Shown in pieces: positions 14,903 to 28,248 of a stretch of DNA of 64,000 nucleotides. Position 1 is the stretch's first letter. Every line of letters starts with the position of its first letter. Below the pieces are notes generated by a model. The model did no database searches. It worked only from the letters and a program-made list of their open reading frames with translations, and was not told where the DNA came from. Both the position numbers and the translations under genes were made by a program. The DNA comes from Styela clava (lineage: Eukaryota). The stretch spans positions 15,190,001 through 15,254,000 of the forward strand of contig NC_135255.1 of the NCBI RefSeq assembly GCF_964204865.1. Direction: 5' to 3'.

Positions 14903-15341
14903 AACAGAGAGCTACGCCCAAATATATGGACACGTGTGGTCGCAGTACAGTACGGTTTACCGTACCGTCGATCAGCGTAAGGAAAAAATCGTAGCAAGGT
15001 ATCGTAAGGACTTCGTTACGAAGCATCGACGTTCGATGGCACGTGATCAAAAAGAAGAGGAGTGTCGGCTATGCGTCCGCAGAACGTTCAGTGACGTCAT
15101 AGCAAACAAAAACGAATCTCACAGAGCTAACAGAAATATTTTAAATAGATAAAAGTAATAGCCTTCTGGAGAAAAATTTCATCTTTAACCAGTAAAAAGT
15201 TCGAAGCAATCGGTCCAGTAATGAAAGAGAAAAGCGTTTTTTTAGATTTTCCACTAGATGTCCAAAAAGTGTCAAAGAACAACAACAACAAGACCAACAT
15301 AATATTGAAACGATCGGTATGTCCACTACGTGTCCAATAAA
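14903..15341 (-). mobile_element. Interspersed repeat, Helentron/HINE-like
   Basis: Close paralog at 43830-44415. Subterminal inverted repeat TGGACACGT/ACGTGTCCA, TTATT start on the minus strand, hairpin near the other end, no TSD. Confidence 0.55.
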
Positions 15342-15846
15342 CACGGTGGTCGTCCATGGGTCCGTCTTAGCTGTCCAGCTGAGCATCTGGTTTGCCAAAT
15401 AACAATAACAACAACATTTTTGGCACTGGCACACATCGTGTCAAATAATTAACGGATTAAGGAGTATATGTTGTTCTAATGCGAAGTCAATGACCATATG
15501 GCATTCATTCATAAACGCTTATCTTCTGAAGCTGCAACTCAGTTCTACAAAGCACTGGACATTTCGAGAGAATGCCGGCGGTAAACAAATACACGCGTGC
15601 GATTTATCACGTACGCGTTTTATTAATGGATGTGATAGGCGTCGCTTAGAACTATCTTAAGTTTATATTACTTAATATTATTTATTTACCGTATATTTGC
15701 ATAGATTCGATTTTAAAACTAAATAAATCAAGAAAAAAATTTGGTTCTAGTTTTCTAGAATTAAATACGTTCTAAATACAAATTTATCAACCTTTTTAAA
15801 AATATTGTTTTCCTGCGACTCTGTCCACCTTCCAAGCATACGTGTA

Positions 15847-15874
15847 TGACGTCAGGTCTCAGCAGCCATATAAA
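15847..15874 (+). promoter_or_regulatory. Candidate USP-1 core promoter: CRE plus TATA box
   Basis: Perfect TGACGTCA (15847-15854) and TATAAA (15869-15874), about 80 bp before the ATG. Confidence 0.5.
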
Positions 15875-15954
15875 CAGTCGAAAGACCCCGTTTAAACTTA
15901 TTGTAACTTGTAAGCTGTCATTGTCGATTGTTTTAGGTTTTCATCTAATGCATA

Positions 15955-17428
15955 ATGGCTCAAAAAGAACAACAAACTGGAACTTGGGATGGTGTTACAC
16001 GACGGATTTTAATCGCTGTGGACGACAGTGAAAATTCTCTAGCGGCTTTCGATTGTGAGTTCACAGGGGAAATCAGAGTCTATGTATTTAAATCATTTTC
16101 CTGATTATGCTGGAGCCGGCAATTCAGATAATAATTCCTCTCAATGTCACTGTTTTAATCTATTATGATACTTAATTCTGGTTTAGTACTGTATTAGCTT
16201 TTCTGTAAGACTTCAAATTATAGTTTGCATTAAAATCTTGAACCTGAAAACTCACAAATTAATTCAAATATGATTGGATTTTGTTGAGATTTCTTTTCAA
16301 TTTTATACCTTGTTTACTAAAATGAAATTATTTGCAGATTATGTCAAACACGTCAACAAGCCAGGGGATCAGTTGATAGCTTTTCATGTATCGGACCAAG
16401 TAAAAATGCCAACCTATGCTTTGTTTTCAGGTATTTTTATTATAAAAAATAACGTGTTTTTTCTATTCAACCATGCTTCGTTTGATACTGCACTTTTTAG
16501 GCACTTAACATTTTAAAAAGCAGTTGGAAATGTACTAATTCTGGGGTATTACAGCTTTTTTAATATATAGGAAAGCTGGTATATAATTATGATTTGGGGT
16601 GATTGTACTCGTACTTAAACGAGATACAAGTCAAGTAAAATGTGCTGATCCTTGCTCAATTTTTCTTGGAAATGTTTTCCGTCATTCTTGCAGTTGGTTT
16701 TGTTATGCAAACAGATTTAATGTCAGGTATTACAGAGGGTGTGGGATTCAGTCCAGATCAAATGATGGCAATGATTGATGAACTCAGAGAAAAGAACAAA
16801 GCTTTGGAAGCAAAATACAACAAAAAGTGTTCGGAACTGGAGGTATATGATTTTTTTCTACAAACAAGCCGATTATTGTTTCAACGATTTTTCTTGATTT
16901 TGAAAAAAATTGATTGTATGGTTTATGTTGAAATGGTTTTTCATTCGTTTGATGTTTCTATGATATGCTTCTGATTCAAAAGTAAATTCATTCTGAATAG
17001 TAAATTTTTCTTCCGATTACAGTAAACATATACCAGTGGATGGAATTTTTCATGAATTTATTAGGAGTTTATCCATTTGTTACAGACAAGGCTGCAAACA
17101 AAACGCAGACAGACTGCATACTGGTTCGGAGATATGTGTCTATTTTAAATGTTAACCTTGCACAAATATCTGTATCAAGAATTGTAGTTCAAATATAACT
17201 ATTTTTCCTTTTTTTTAGATCAAACACAAATGTCTGATTGTATCTGAAGATCCCCATGGTCCTGGACATGCAATATGTGACAGTGCAAAGAAACATAACG
17301 CTGATATGATCATTGTCGGATCTAGGGGACTGGGAACACTAAGAAGAACCATACTCGGATCTGTGAGCACCTACGTCATACATCACAGCCATATACCTAC
17401 ATTGGTTTGTCCAGTTGGAGAATCATAA
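15955..17428 (+). CDS. Universal stress protein (UspA-domain) gene, copy 1
   Basis: Exons 15955-16054, 16338-16430, ~16727-16842 and 17219-17428. Motifs RILIAVDDSENS and ADMIIVGSRGLGTLRRTILGSVSTYVIHHSHIPTLVCP (G-x2-G-x9-GS ATP motif). Confidence 0.93.
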
Positions 17429-19290
17429 TGATATAGTCACCAAAGAAATTTCTGTTGTATTTAAACTGTGGTGGCCAATACTTAAAATTCCGTGAAATTT
17501 TTTCGCTTGTGCAAGTATTTTTAAGTGAACAATGAGCAAACATGATTATCTGTTCTATAAAAAGTTGTTTGGCGTAGTTGAAATCACTTGATGTTTTATA
17601 AAAAGAACTGAAGTGACCGATGTAAAAAGTATTGTGCCTATATATGAATGATTGTATAATATATATATTATGTAATTTTGATGATTTTCAGAATTTTTTT
17701 CTTCTAAATTATCGTAGCAAAGTCTCAGCGCAATACCTTTTTGGAATTACATGAGTTAGCCTTGTATGTGTATTATTATAATTGTATTGACATTTATTCT
17801 TCGAATTTGGATTCATTAAATTAGGATTAGGGACCCTGTTACAAATTGTTTAAGTTAATACATATATGAAGCCGTTCCGTTGCATTGTGATTTCTATGTT
17901 GGTTTCCGAATATGGGTGATTTCTGTTGGATGAAAAAAGTCTACTCAAAGAGAGGAGTTTATTTTACGGGAGTGCACATGATCTTGCGTTCAATACAAAT
18001 AAGCATAGAAAAGGGGTAATTGTGAGAAAATTGTACTTACATTTATTCGGATAGTTGGCCAAACGAAAATTTGATGAAATGTATATGCCTTGTGAAGCGG
18101 TTCTTTCATTTTCTGTGCCTCTGAACTTTCTATATCAGGCAGAAGAGTTGAAATTCGGGTCCCACTTTAATTGTTCATGTTAGCACTTTGTTAACTAGCT
18201 ATCAGATTGTGGTTCAAGCTATTCTGAAAGTTGTTCTTTTAACGCTGAGTTTCTTTAGAGTTCGTATTACATAATTTTTAGTTAAACGCGGTCCTCGATT
18301 TGAATTCCGCACTAACTTTAAGGTATGCATGCTGGCAAGTGGAAACTCCGGTGCAACTGCGGTGATATGCAGTTTTCAAAGTAATGTAATAATGAATCCA
18401 ACATTTTCCAAGGACATTAAAACTCTAGGGTGCTAAGTGATAGATGTCACATGGTAATCTGTAATTTGACTCAACAGTCGCACATTGCACAGATACCCAA
18501 ATCGCATTATTCTGGGACCCGTTACGATAATTATGAAATCAAAATCAACTTTCGATGTTGTGAGCAATGATAACTAAGCTCTGTTCGAAGGGAATCATTT
18601 TTTGGATATATCATCTCAATTAGATATATCCGACCAGACCATGTAGTTGTGGACTTACGTGAAATTTGATCTGGTTTGATGACGACGCGAGTTTAACTTA
18701 AAGCAACTTAAATTCATGAACCCCAGCAAAACTAAAATCCTTTTCATTTTATGTTTATTAAGCTCGTTACAATTATCCATATTTTTTTTCATTTTATCTC
18801 TTTTTTTACTATGGCTTAGTCGGCATGTATTCTCGACCTAGCCCTCCTGCCCCGCAACCCCCTTTGCGAAGCACCCTAGACGCAATGTAGTTAGAAATAA
18901 TGTTTTAAACAGGTGTACGTCTCAATAGCAAGCTATCTTCTGGACCAAATTGTCAAGTGATGTCAAGATTTTTCTTAATTTTGCACATGTGTCTTTCTAC
19001 ATTTCATCTCAGTCGGTGATATTTTGGGATGTATATTTATCTATATTCTCAACTTACGTCTAAATTATGCAATGAAATTGGGGGATTGCAGATCCCCCCT
19101 TCTTAATCGAGTCAAATTAGAGAAAATTGCCGCCGTCGACTGCCAATGAGAAGTGCACAAATGCCGATCATTAGAACACATTATATTGAATGATAAGATA
19201 TCACTTTACAGCCAAAAGGATTAAACTTACTTTTCAAATAAATAACAGGACTAAATTTATTTTGAAAGAATTGTGTGCATCAACCAAGAT

Positions 19291-19587
19291 CAGTGGTTCT
19301 CTAACTTTTTAATTAAACCGCGCCTCTTTCATAGAATTTGCCAAGTCTCGCACCCAACCTCAAAAATATCCAGCTAGCAATAGGCTACAAATAACAGACA
19401 GTAAGACGAAAGCATGTTGAAAATATATGGATGGAACATAAATATCTAAAATGAAGAAATGTAAATATCCAAAATAAGGCGGGAAAGGTCAAATCTAACC
19501 AATATTTTATGATTTCATTTCGTTTCACGTCCCCTCAAAAAGTTGTCTACGCCCCCTTGTGGGGCTCCCCCAGTTTGAGAATCACTG
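19291..19587. mobile_element. hAT (Charlie-like) MITE
   Basis: TIRs CAGTGGTTCTC / GAGAATCACTG; degenerate TSD ACCAAGAT/ACCTAGTT. Confidence 0.75.
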
Positions 19588-20455
19588 ACCTAGTTCTTAA
19601 ACATATAAGATCAACTCTCCACACTTGTGGATGGGAACCGCTGTACTAAATTACTTTTGCTTCGCACGCAAAAACAAATCAATTGTCGTTCATTTAATAA
19701 AGTATGCACGGGCCAAGTAACGAATTTTACAGTAACAAATTGCCGAATGGAGCGATCATTGAAGATTTCAGAAAATTACACGCAATAATATTTGTCAACG
19801 AAGGAACTTGTCCAAAATGCATGTCCTCAGATATACTAAATATTTTTTTTTGCGTTTTCTTATTTAAAAAACTTAATAAATGCATCCAGATGTGCTGCTT
19901 AGTAATTACAATATAGATCGACCTAAATTTATCGAAATGTTTTCTATCGCACTTTGGAAGTGGACATTCAGGAAAACAAAACATGTTTTCGTATATTTCG
20001 AGAGAATTCGAATCGTGCGCGAGACACCGGTCACGTACTGTCGCGCAATGATGCGCATCGATATCCAATTGGTTGTGGTATGAGCATCAACTAAGCAGGT
20101 AAGGCCTTTCAAATCACCATTAAAATATCATAGAATTATTCAAAAAGAATATCAAGAATTAATGATTAATTACTAATGTGATTGTTTTATATGTAAATGC
20201 CAAGAATTTACTCATTCTCACTCCATAAACTATGATCGTTGATTGGACTCCGTGCACCTCAGAGTCCGGACGGAGGCATGTTTCTCCGATTCGCGTTCGC
20301 ACAAAAGAACACGTTCGTCATCAATATCGTATTTCGAACAATATAAACGGGATTGCAGACGAAGCGCGTCCATAAGTGCCTCTTCTAAGCTTGTTGATTG
20401 GAGTGCAATTCGCGTTATAACGCTCTTTCTACTGTTTCTACTACGCAATTTCGAT

Positions 20456-22121
20456 ATGGCTCAACAACAGGAGGAAACTCACGAAACTTGCGGTGTGCAA
20501 AGAGTATTAATTGCTGTGGACGATAGTGAAAATGGGGCCGCTGCATTTGATTGTAAGTTCTTTTATGTAATAATATAAACGTGGATCAAGTTATTTGGAA
20601 ATTTGAGGCAAAGAAGAAAAATCCAAAATCACTGTATTTCTTACTCAAATTTGGATTATAAACTCACCTGCAACGTAGATTATTATTGTTAAAAAATATT
20701 TGCTTACGTTCAAGAGTAGAATGTAGGCCTAGTTGGTATTTTTCAAACTTTAGCTTTGCCCAACATGCAATTCCATTTCGCCATGTTCTTCTGCATCATA
20801 AAAATACTGATTTTCTGTCAGTAAATATGATCGGTGGCTCACTGTACTTAAGTAATATCTAGCAGTTGTGAATGAGTTTTATTTAGCAAACGAATATCCT
20901 CTCGCAGATTACATCGAGCACGTTCACAGACAGGAAAATCAGTTGATTGCTCTTCATGTATCGGACCAAGTGAAAATGCCAACCTATGCTTTGTTTTCAG
21001 GTATTTTTATTATTATTTCCCTATTTATAGCATTTACCGAGTAGTTTAATCTTCAACATGTGAACCATAGCCTGAATTTGTTCGTGTTACTATTAAAAGC
21101 AGAAATTAATGCATTAAGTGATTCCTGCATGAAATCTTTAATACAAACAATAGTGAACGAAAAAATACTAAAATGCACTCAATGCTGCCTAATTACTTTA
21201 CCGACCTCAGTTTAGAGTATTATAAAAAAAAAATTGTATTTTGACAGGACTTATTTCGTCCTGTCAATAAATAAAGTAATTATACACGCAAGATAATGCG
21301 CTGAATTGCTTTCTTGACGGTAATGGACTTTAGAATTTATTGAAGATAATGTGATGGCACAATTACAACGCTATCAGATATTCTATGAATTGCAATTCCT
21401 CATTCTTCAATTCCCTTATTTCCCTTTGCTTGCTTCTTCGCTTGTCCTTACAACCATGACTGATGTCAGGCCTTACAGAAGGTGTTGGATACAGTCACGA
21501 GGAAGTGACGGCGATGGTCGAAAAACTCAAAGAAAGAAATAAAGCTCTCGAAGACAAGTACAATAAAAAGTGCAATGATCTGAAGGTGGGTTATCTAGTC
21601 CTATTATGTAATATTTTAGCAAGTTTTTTGGGTACTCTCGTAGTGTATGTACCAGGTTAGGGTTGGGCCATAATTTTATTCCGATTCTCCTTATTTTAGT
21701 TCTATTACGCGTTCGGAGACTGTCTGTGTTAGTCAAGTAAATATACCCCCTGCCCATAGGTTTCAGTATCTTTATACAACTTGATGTAGAATGGGTAAAC
21801 AAAATTAGTTCCCTCTTTATTGGTGCATACACTTCTGGAGCGTCGTTTTTTTTTACGTTTGTACGAGAAGAAGACTAGGCAGTAGTAATCGACAATCTCC
21901 ATTCTTTTTAGATCAAACATAAAGTCTTGATTGTGTCGGAAGATTCACATGGAGTCGGACATGCTATATGTCAGAGCGCAAAGAAACACGATGCAAATTT
22001 GATTGTAGTCGGATCTCGCGGACATGGAACGTTGCGGAGAACCATACTCGGATCTGTGAGCACCTATGTCATTCACCACAGTCATATTCCAACCCTGGTC
22101 TGTCCTGTCCATCATAAATGA
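20456..22121 (+). CDS. Universal stress protein (UspA-domain) gene, copy 2
   Basis: Exons ~20456-20552, 20909-21000, 21470-21585 and 21912-22121. Motifs RVLIAVDDSENG and ANLIVVGSRGHGTLRRTILGSVSTY. Same intron positions as copy 1. Confidence 0.93.
21631..21844. mobile_element. Merlin-type MITE in USP-2 intron 3
   Basis: Inverted copy of the 5826 subfamily, with a GGTACTC terminus. Confidence 0.75.
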
Positions 22122-23346
22122 ATGAACGTCACCTGAAAGACGATGCAATACCATGTTATTCAAACATTCGCCGTGTAAAAACTTGCCCATTTTACTGATT
22201 GATTATATTCTCTGTCAAAAGAATTTGTGTGCTTGGAATACGTTGTTTCAAATACTTGATTGTACAAAATATCTTTTCCACGTGCCATATACGCCGTTCA
22301 ATATCGTTATTATAATGGTGCTTCACGTCTTTCAATTGTGTATTTTACACTGGTAACAAAACAACACGTCTGGTGTGATACCTGTATGGAAATCCATTAC
22401 TTACACTACACCATTGGTAATCATTATAGGGCGTCACCTTCAAAAGGATATAATTCATACCTTTTTCAACTTCCTCTTGGAAAATTGATAAGACCACCAT
22501 TTTGTCAATCACAGAGTGCATATATATAATTTCTTCATATTTGAAAAATAATAGGAATGTTGTGTACTCAAACCAAAAATTTCCGGTTCTCACATAATCA
22601 CATTCTTGTTCAAACTGACTGATAATATCCCTTTTTTAGTCGGCAATAGTTTTGAGTAGATTCTGAAATATGCTTCACCTATTTGTTTTCACTTTGAACA
22701 AACGAATACAAAACGGCGTTGCATGATTGTCTGGTCATTAATTGCTCGTTACAGAAAATGGATGTAAGCATTCCTCGGATAATTTTGTTTCTCGCGTTGG
22801 TTGAATAGAAATGATGTATATATATGGTTGCAATGTATTTATTAAAGGCCTCCTCCGCAAAACGCAAAAGCTATTAGACTGCCGCATGGACAACGGGATC
22901 GATTTTTAGGACGATCCACAAGATGAGAATAGTGTTGGAAAGACTTGGAATAAAGTTGATTATTGCGGTAAATGCCAAACTGACCATTGGCTCTTTCGTT
23001 TGTGTTGCCATATGTCCCAACGTTGGGAGAAAGATTAGATAAGAAATTATCGCGTAGACAGGTTGTATCCAGATCACATTGAATAAAAGTAAAAATATGT
23101 GTCGCTGGACTTCAAGATGGAGCAAAGAGAAAACAGAAAAGTCAGCCATTCGAACCGCTTTGACACTGAATCGGGACTCTGTAGTCGTTCTTTCATGCGA
23201 TGCAAAACAAGAGAGCAATGCTGAAATATATGGATAAGAAAGCCAAAACGAACATTTTAACCGCAATATCTCCCAAAATCATATCCTGGACCTGTGCACT
23301 ATCGTAACTTACTAGTAGTATTACATGTACCTTGATTGCCCTAGCT

Positions 23347-24226
23347 CAGCGTTTCCTAAACTGTGTTCCGCGAGCATCTTCGAAGTGTTCCGTGGAAAAG
23401 GAATCAAAAAAACGTCTTAAATAGTCGCCATGGAAATCTATGGCAGGGCTTCCCAAACTAGAGGCCGCTAAACGAATTTTAAGGGCCGCAAAGAGAACAC
23501 CAATTTTACAAAACATCAAAATCGCATATTTCGAACTGTTTACCATTATTAACGAGGACAAGGGCCGCGACGCGAGCTCAAAAGTTTGGGAAGCCCTGAT
23601 CCATGGAACGTGAAGTTGTCGCCCAACTGACCGTTCAATATCGCGTCACCATCGGCTTAAATCGTACTAACTGGAGAGGGATAGTGGCATTTTCGATAAT
23701 TGTCGGCCTAGCTTTTTGACTGTTAAGTTCATTATCAAGTTTACAGCAATCATTTTGGTTTTGCTATAGGCAAACGAGTAGACCTAAAGAATAAATGCAA
23801 AGGGTCAACTCTTCTTCCTCCATCTCTGCCTGGTTTTACTTTGAAATGCTGAAAAAATTACTCATTTTCGCTAAACTCTATTAAGTAGATAAATGCAGCG
23901 AAATTGCAGCAAGTACTTCTATCTCCATTGGACGTAACATTAGAGGCAAACACTACGTAATAGAGAGTAAACGACATAGAATGGTAAAATGAATTTATTG
24001 ATCCGTATACACACCATTTAAATTAAGAAACAATAAAACATTAATAATAAATGCAACATGTAAAATATGCAATCCTATTTTAAGTATTTTAACACAATTC
24101 TGTTAGTTTTCGCCGCGCATTTGACAACTTTTTCTTTATCAATTTTACCCTTTTATTTTTTGGTGTTCCGCGCGGCGAGATAAAAAGTGGAGGTGTTCCG
24201 TGGCCGAAAAAGTTTGGGAAACGCTG
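23347..24226. mobile_element. Non-autonomous hAT element containing a nested hAT MITE (23444-23598)
   Basis: Outer TSD CCCTAGCT is perfect. Inner TIRs CAGGGCTTCCCAAACT / AGTTTGGGAAGCCCTG with TSD ATCTATGG/ATCCATGG. Confidence 0.88.
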
Positions 24227-24249
24227 CCCTAGCTTTACTAGGTCCTGTG

Positions 24250-24639
24250 TAAAGCTGGGCATTTCGAATCGAATAGTCAATTATTCGAATCGGTTCAGAG
24301 CAAAATTTTGTTTTTTTTCCTTTCCGTCAATCAATGGTCGAGGTGATTTTCTCATATTTTATCATTTGAAGCCATATTTTTTCAACGCAATCCAGACATG
24401 ACTATTTTCTGTAGTGAGTTATTGATAAAACGTGTTTCTTATTGTGTGTGAACGCTCAGCAATCTGTCCGAGTGATTTATTCTATTTCTCTCAGTAATTC
24501 ATTTGTTGACAGGACCAATCACAATAAAAAAATCGCATTCAATTATATATCTCAAAAGTATTCGAAATTCGATTCGAAAAAAATATTCGATTCGATTCTG
24601 AAATCATCGGGTATATATATTCAAAAATGCCCAGCCCTA
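24250..24639. mobile_element. hAT (Ac-like) MITE
   Basis: TIR GCTGGGCATTT / AAATGCCCAGCCCTA, subterminal TTCGA repeats, perfect TSD GTCCTGTG. Confidence 0.8.
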
Positions 24640-25773
24640 GTCCTGTGGCAATGATGATTCATACGTTTTGTGCCAACGTGAATTTGAAAGCTAAATGATT
24701 CGACTCACAACCGTAGTATTCTTTAATTTAGAGTATTCTTTTTTACAGTAACTTACCGTACCTACCTACATTGCGTCACCGGTATAGAATAACTTCCTAC
24801 TTCCGCGTTGCAAGATTTTGCAAAATAAAAGCGCAAATGAGACTGTACGCGGATTAAAAACGGGGTTCCCATGATTAAAATATAACACAGCGAAATTTTG
24901 GATGAAATATTAGATCTCATAGAATTCATAAAAGTAATTGGGACTTCCGGGTACAGTACCGGTAAAATTCCATACTTTAGTTATTGAAATGTGCAATTCA
25001 TCTCGCTTTGTCATGTGACTTCATGAGGTATGCTTTGTTGATATGTGTAAAAAGTGCAATTCTCTTTTACTGCAATTGCTAGTGTTGTACCCGGTCCTAT
25101 GGCGCGTCAATGAAACTCATTGTCGGTATTGTTGTATCTTTCGTTTGGCCCAGAAAGTCTTGTTTAATCATTGTTCGACTTTTGTTTTAGGCTGTTTTAA
25201 ACTTTTTAAATTGAACTTGCTAAGCAAAATTACTGTGTGTTGCAAGTTAATTTTACAGACTCGCAACTCTTGGAAGCTGATCACGTGAGCTCGTGATGCG
25301 TATGTATAGTTAAAGAGAAATATGTCAGCCCACGTGATTTTGTTCACTGTACAAATATTGCTCCTTTTGTTTACAGCCTATATTAGAACCCATCTGACAA
25401 AGTGTAGCACATGGGTAGAATAAATAGTTTGCGAATGAGACGGGCTGTAATTCTTTTGACTTCAGATTAGTGAAGGTACAAATATCACCCAGAAAACTTT
25501 AAAATATTATTTATGACTCGGCATTGGATATCTAAATGGCTTTCGTACTAAAGGGCAGGCTACTCAGCTGACCCCTCTGAAAAATTGATGAAAACTCAAG
25601 GAGCAAAATGATTAGTTTTCGAAAGGACGAACAGTTAAAGCGATTGATAATATAGACCTGATGCTGGCACGTCTAACACTCCGAGTGAGATTATCGCCCT
25701 TGCGCGTGTGTATGTTGTTTTAAAGAATTCTATGTAGTTTTAGATTCGGCAAGTTTCTTCTACTGTTCCAGTT

Positions 25774-25958
25774 ATTTGAATTGTTTGCTATTCCTAGCCG
25801 CAATAACAACGAATCACAAGCAAAGAATTGTATAACAGTAACTCGGATACGCGTGCTTGAGTATTTGATTTGAATGTTTGCTATTCCTAGCCGCAATAAC
25901 AACGAATCACAAGCAAAGAATTGTATAACGGTAACTCGGATATGCGTACTTGAGTATT
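25774..25958. repeat. Tandem duplication of a ~92-bp unit
   Basis: tgtttgctattcctagccgc...ttgagtatt occurs twice with about 3 mismatches. Confidence 0.9.
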
Positions 25959-26149
25959 CGTAAAATGTATATATATTCAATAATTTCTCTCAAAACTATT
26001 CTTCCTACTTGCGTGTAGTAGGTAGGCCCTGTTTGACCTATATATGTGCGTTAATCTTTTTATTAAATTCCAATCCCGATTTTTTTTTGGGCATACTAAT
26101 GTAATTCAAATAAACGAGGAGCATGATCACTAATTTTCAAGATTAGAAA

Positions 26150-26680
26150 TTAGAGACGGTCGGCTGTCCTCAAATGGTCATTCTTTGTTTGAAACCGGTC
26201 ATAAGATACTGGGGTTGTAACGATGCGCTCACCTTCGAATGAATGGATAAATGCCTGAGGCAAGTAATATATGTAACACAATGGACAAATTTGTTTTGGT
26301 AGTTTGGTTTGGAGGATGGTAAGGATAGGTATAAAACTATCGTTGGGGACAGTGGCGATTAGGCTGGTTAAGAATATATCGCCAATAGTTCAAGAACAGT
26401 TCTACTAGACAGCAGGGTGATCAGAATAATCGCGTTTTGTCGACAGGGAATGAATAAACAACGTGTGATAATATGAATGGATAGATATATTTATCCGATA
26501 GTCAATTTTAATCAACCATGGGCTGCAATTTTGACAAAATATTTGATTGTTGGGGGAATAACGGGATTGTAAGAAATCGGAACTTTTATGAAATCTAAGC
26601 AGGTGATGGATAAATTTTGCGATTCACTCCAAGTGATCCCACGAACAACCATGCCAAACACTTCGCATTGCAAGTCCACG
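26150..26680 (-). mobile_element. Highly decayed CR1/L2-like LINE remnant
   Basis: Broken-frame peptides such as GITWSE and FILSHVVYSF resemble the region C-terminal to LINE RT. Confidence 0.3.
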
Positions 26681-28248
26681 TTTTATCATTATTTTTGTAT
26701 TTCCGATGTTCGAAACACTTTTACATCAATTCATGGTGAAAAAATTATTCTCAACAATTTTGGAGCTTTATACTAATTGACAAACCCAACGATGAATGTT
26801 TTAAAAATTGTGAACTCGTAGTGTGTTTCTTGTGAGTGGTGATCTCGCTGCGAAATGACAAACAAAACCTTTATATACGCACAAAGGTTACGCGTGATCT
26901 GTTCAAAATATTGACTTGTTTTAACATGATAGTGAGAATGGGAATCGTGAGATGGATGTTTGTATGAGTTAAATGAGCGTAGAAATTTTACGTAAAGCGT
27001 TTCTCGTGGTTACGTGAAAGCTGTATGAGCGAGACGTTGAAGGCAGCGGTGCTTTACGAGTGGTTGTTGAACTGAATGGAAACAATTTGGTTTCCACTTT
27101 GATCCGGAGGTAAACTGATTACGTTCAAATGTTTTTCCAGTTATACTTGATAGACTAAACTTTATCGACATAATAAGACGACATCTTCTGTTGTTCCTAG
27201 TGACTATATTTAAATGAAACATGATAGGCTGGGATTAATAAGTAGTATTAGATTTCTGTACTCTTTGAACTCTTTTGTGTGCACCATTGTGTGCGGACGT
27301 ATATACATGCCATTAAAGAATAATAGTCTAGTTTTAGTTGCCATGGCGATATAGTGAGGCTATTATGAATGTGTTCTGTAGTCATTTCAACGATGCTATG
27401 TATAATCGATCAGTTGACTTTTATCTGCGTGATACATATTTGCAAAGTTGATAGCATTACGTATAAACTGCTTTATCACTACATGCATAATATCAGCGTA
27501 GAACGTTGTTGAAGAGTACGAGAGCAGTCATTTTTTTATTGTGAATAGTTGTGAATGTATATTGGTACATGGTTAACGGTTTTAGGGCAATACAAAATTA
27601 TCGCTGTGTGATTGAAAGGTATAAATTAATGAAACAGCCAGTTGAAGAATGTTGTGGAATGTACATTGCCAATTTTGATGGGTGCTTTACGTAGGCCTAC
27701 CATATACGTCTCGGTTTAGCCGGGACAGTCCCGATTTTAGCGGGTTGTCTCAGCCGGTAGACGTAAATGTCCAGTTATGCAGTGAATGTTTTTTCAATTC
27801 GATGGTAACACAAATATTTTTTTAACAAAGGCATCCGACGTACCACTGATTTGCAACTCACTTCAGAAGTTCAGATAGAGGAAGAAATTGTTATGTCATG
27901 GTTAAGATATATATAATTATGAACCAAAATGTAAATTTAACACCCAACTAATATGTCGCTGAATCATCAAAATGTCGAAAACAAAGTGCAAGTTTTCTAA
28001 TTAGATGAAGAAAAATTTTCATCATTTGGAGTTTTGGTTTTTTCTATTACAAACTATTACAGAACTAGCTCGGTTTTATATTTCTTGCAATACGAAATAG
28101 TATATTAGGAACAAACAATTATTCACTCGCTTTTCTGCGACTGGATCTTCCAGATCTATACAGCGAAGTCTATTTTGAACATAAAAAATGTTTTTGTAAT
28201 TTAGAAAAAATATTTTTTACCTTAAAATTCCGTGAATAAATTCCAAAT

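Noticed and set aside
15127-15434. Cys-rich/hydrophobic ORFs duplicated at 44193-44486
   Set aside because: Translations of the Helentron-like repeat's (CAA)n tract.
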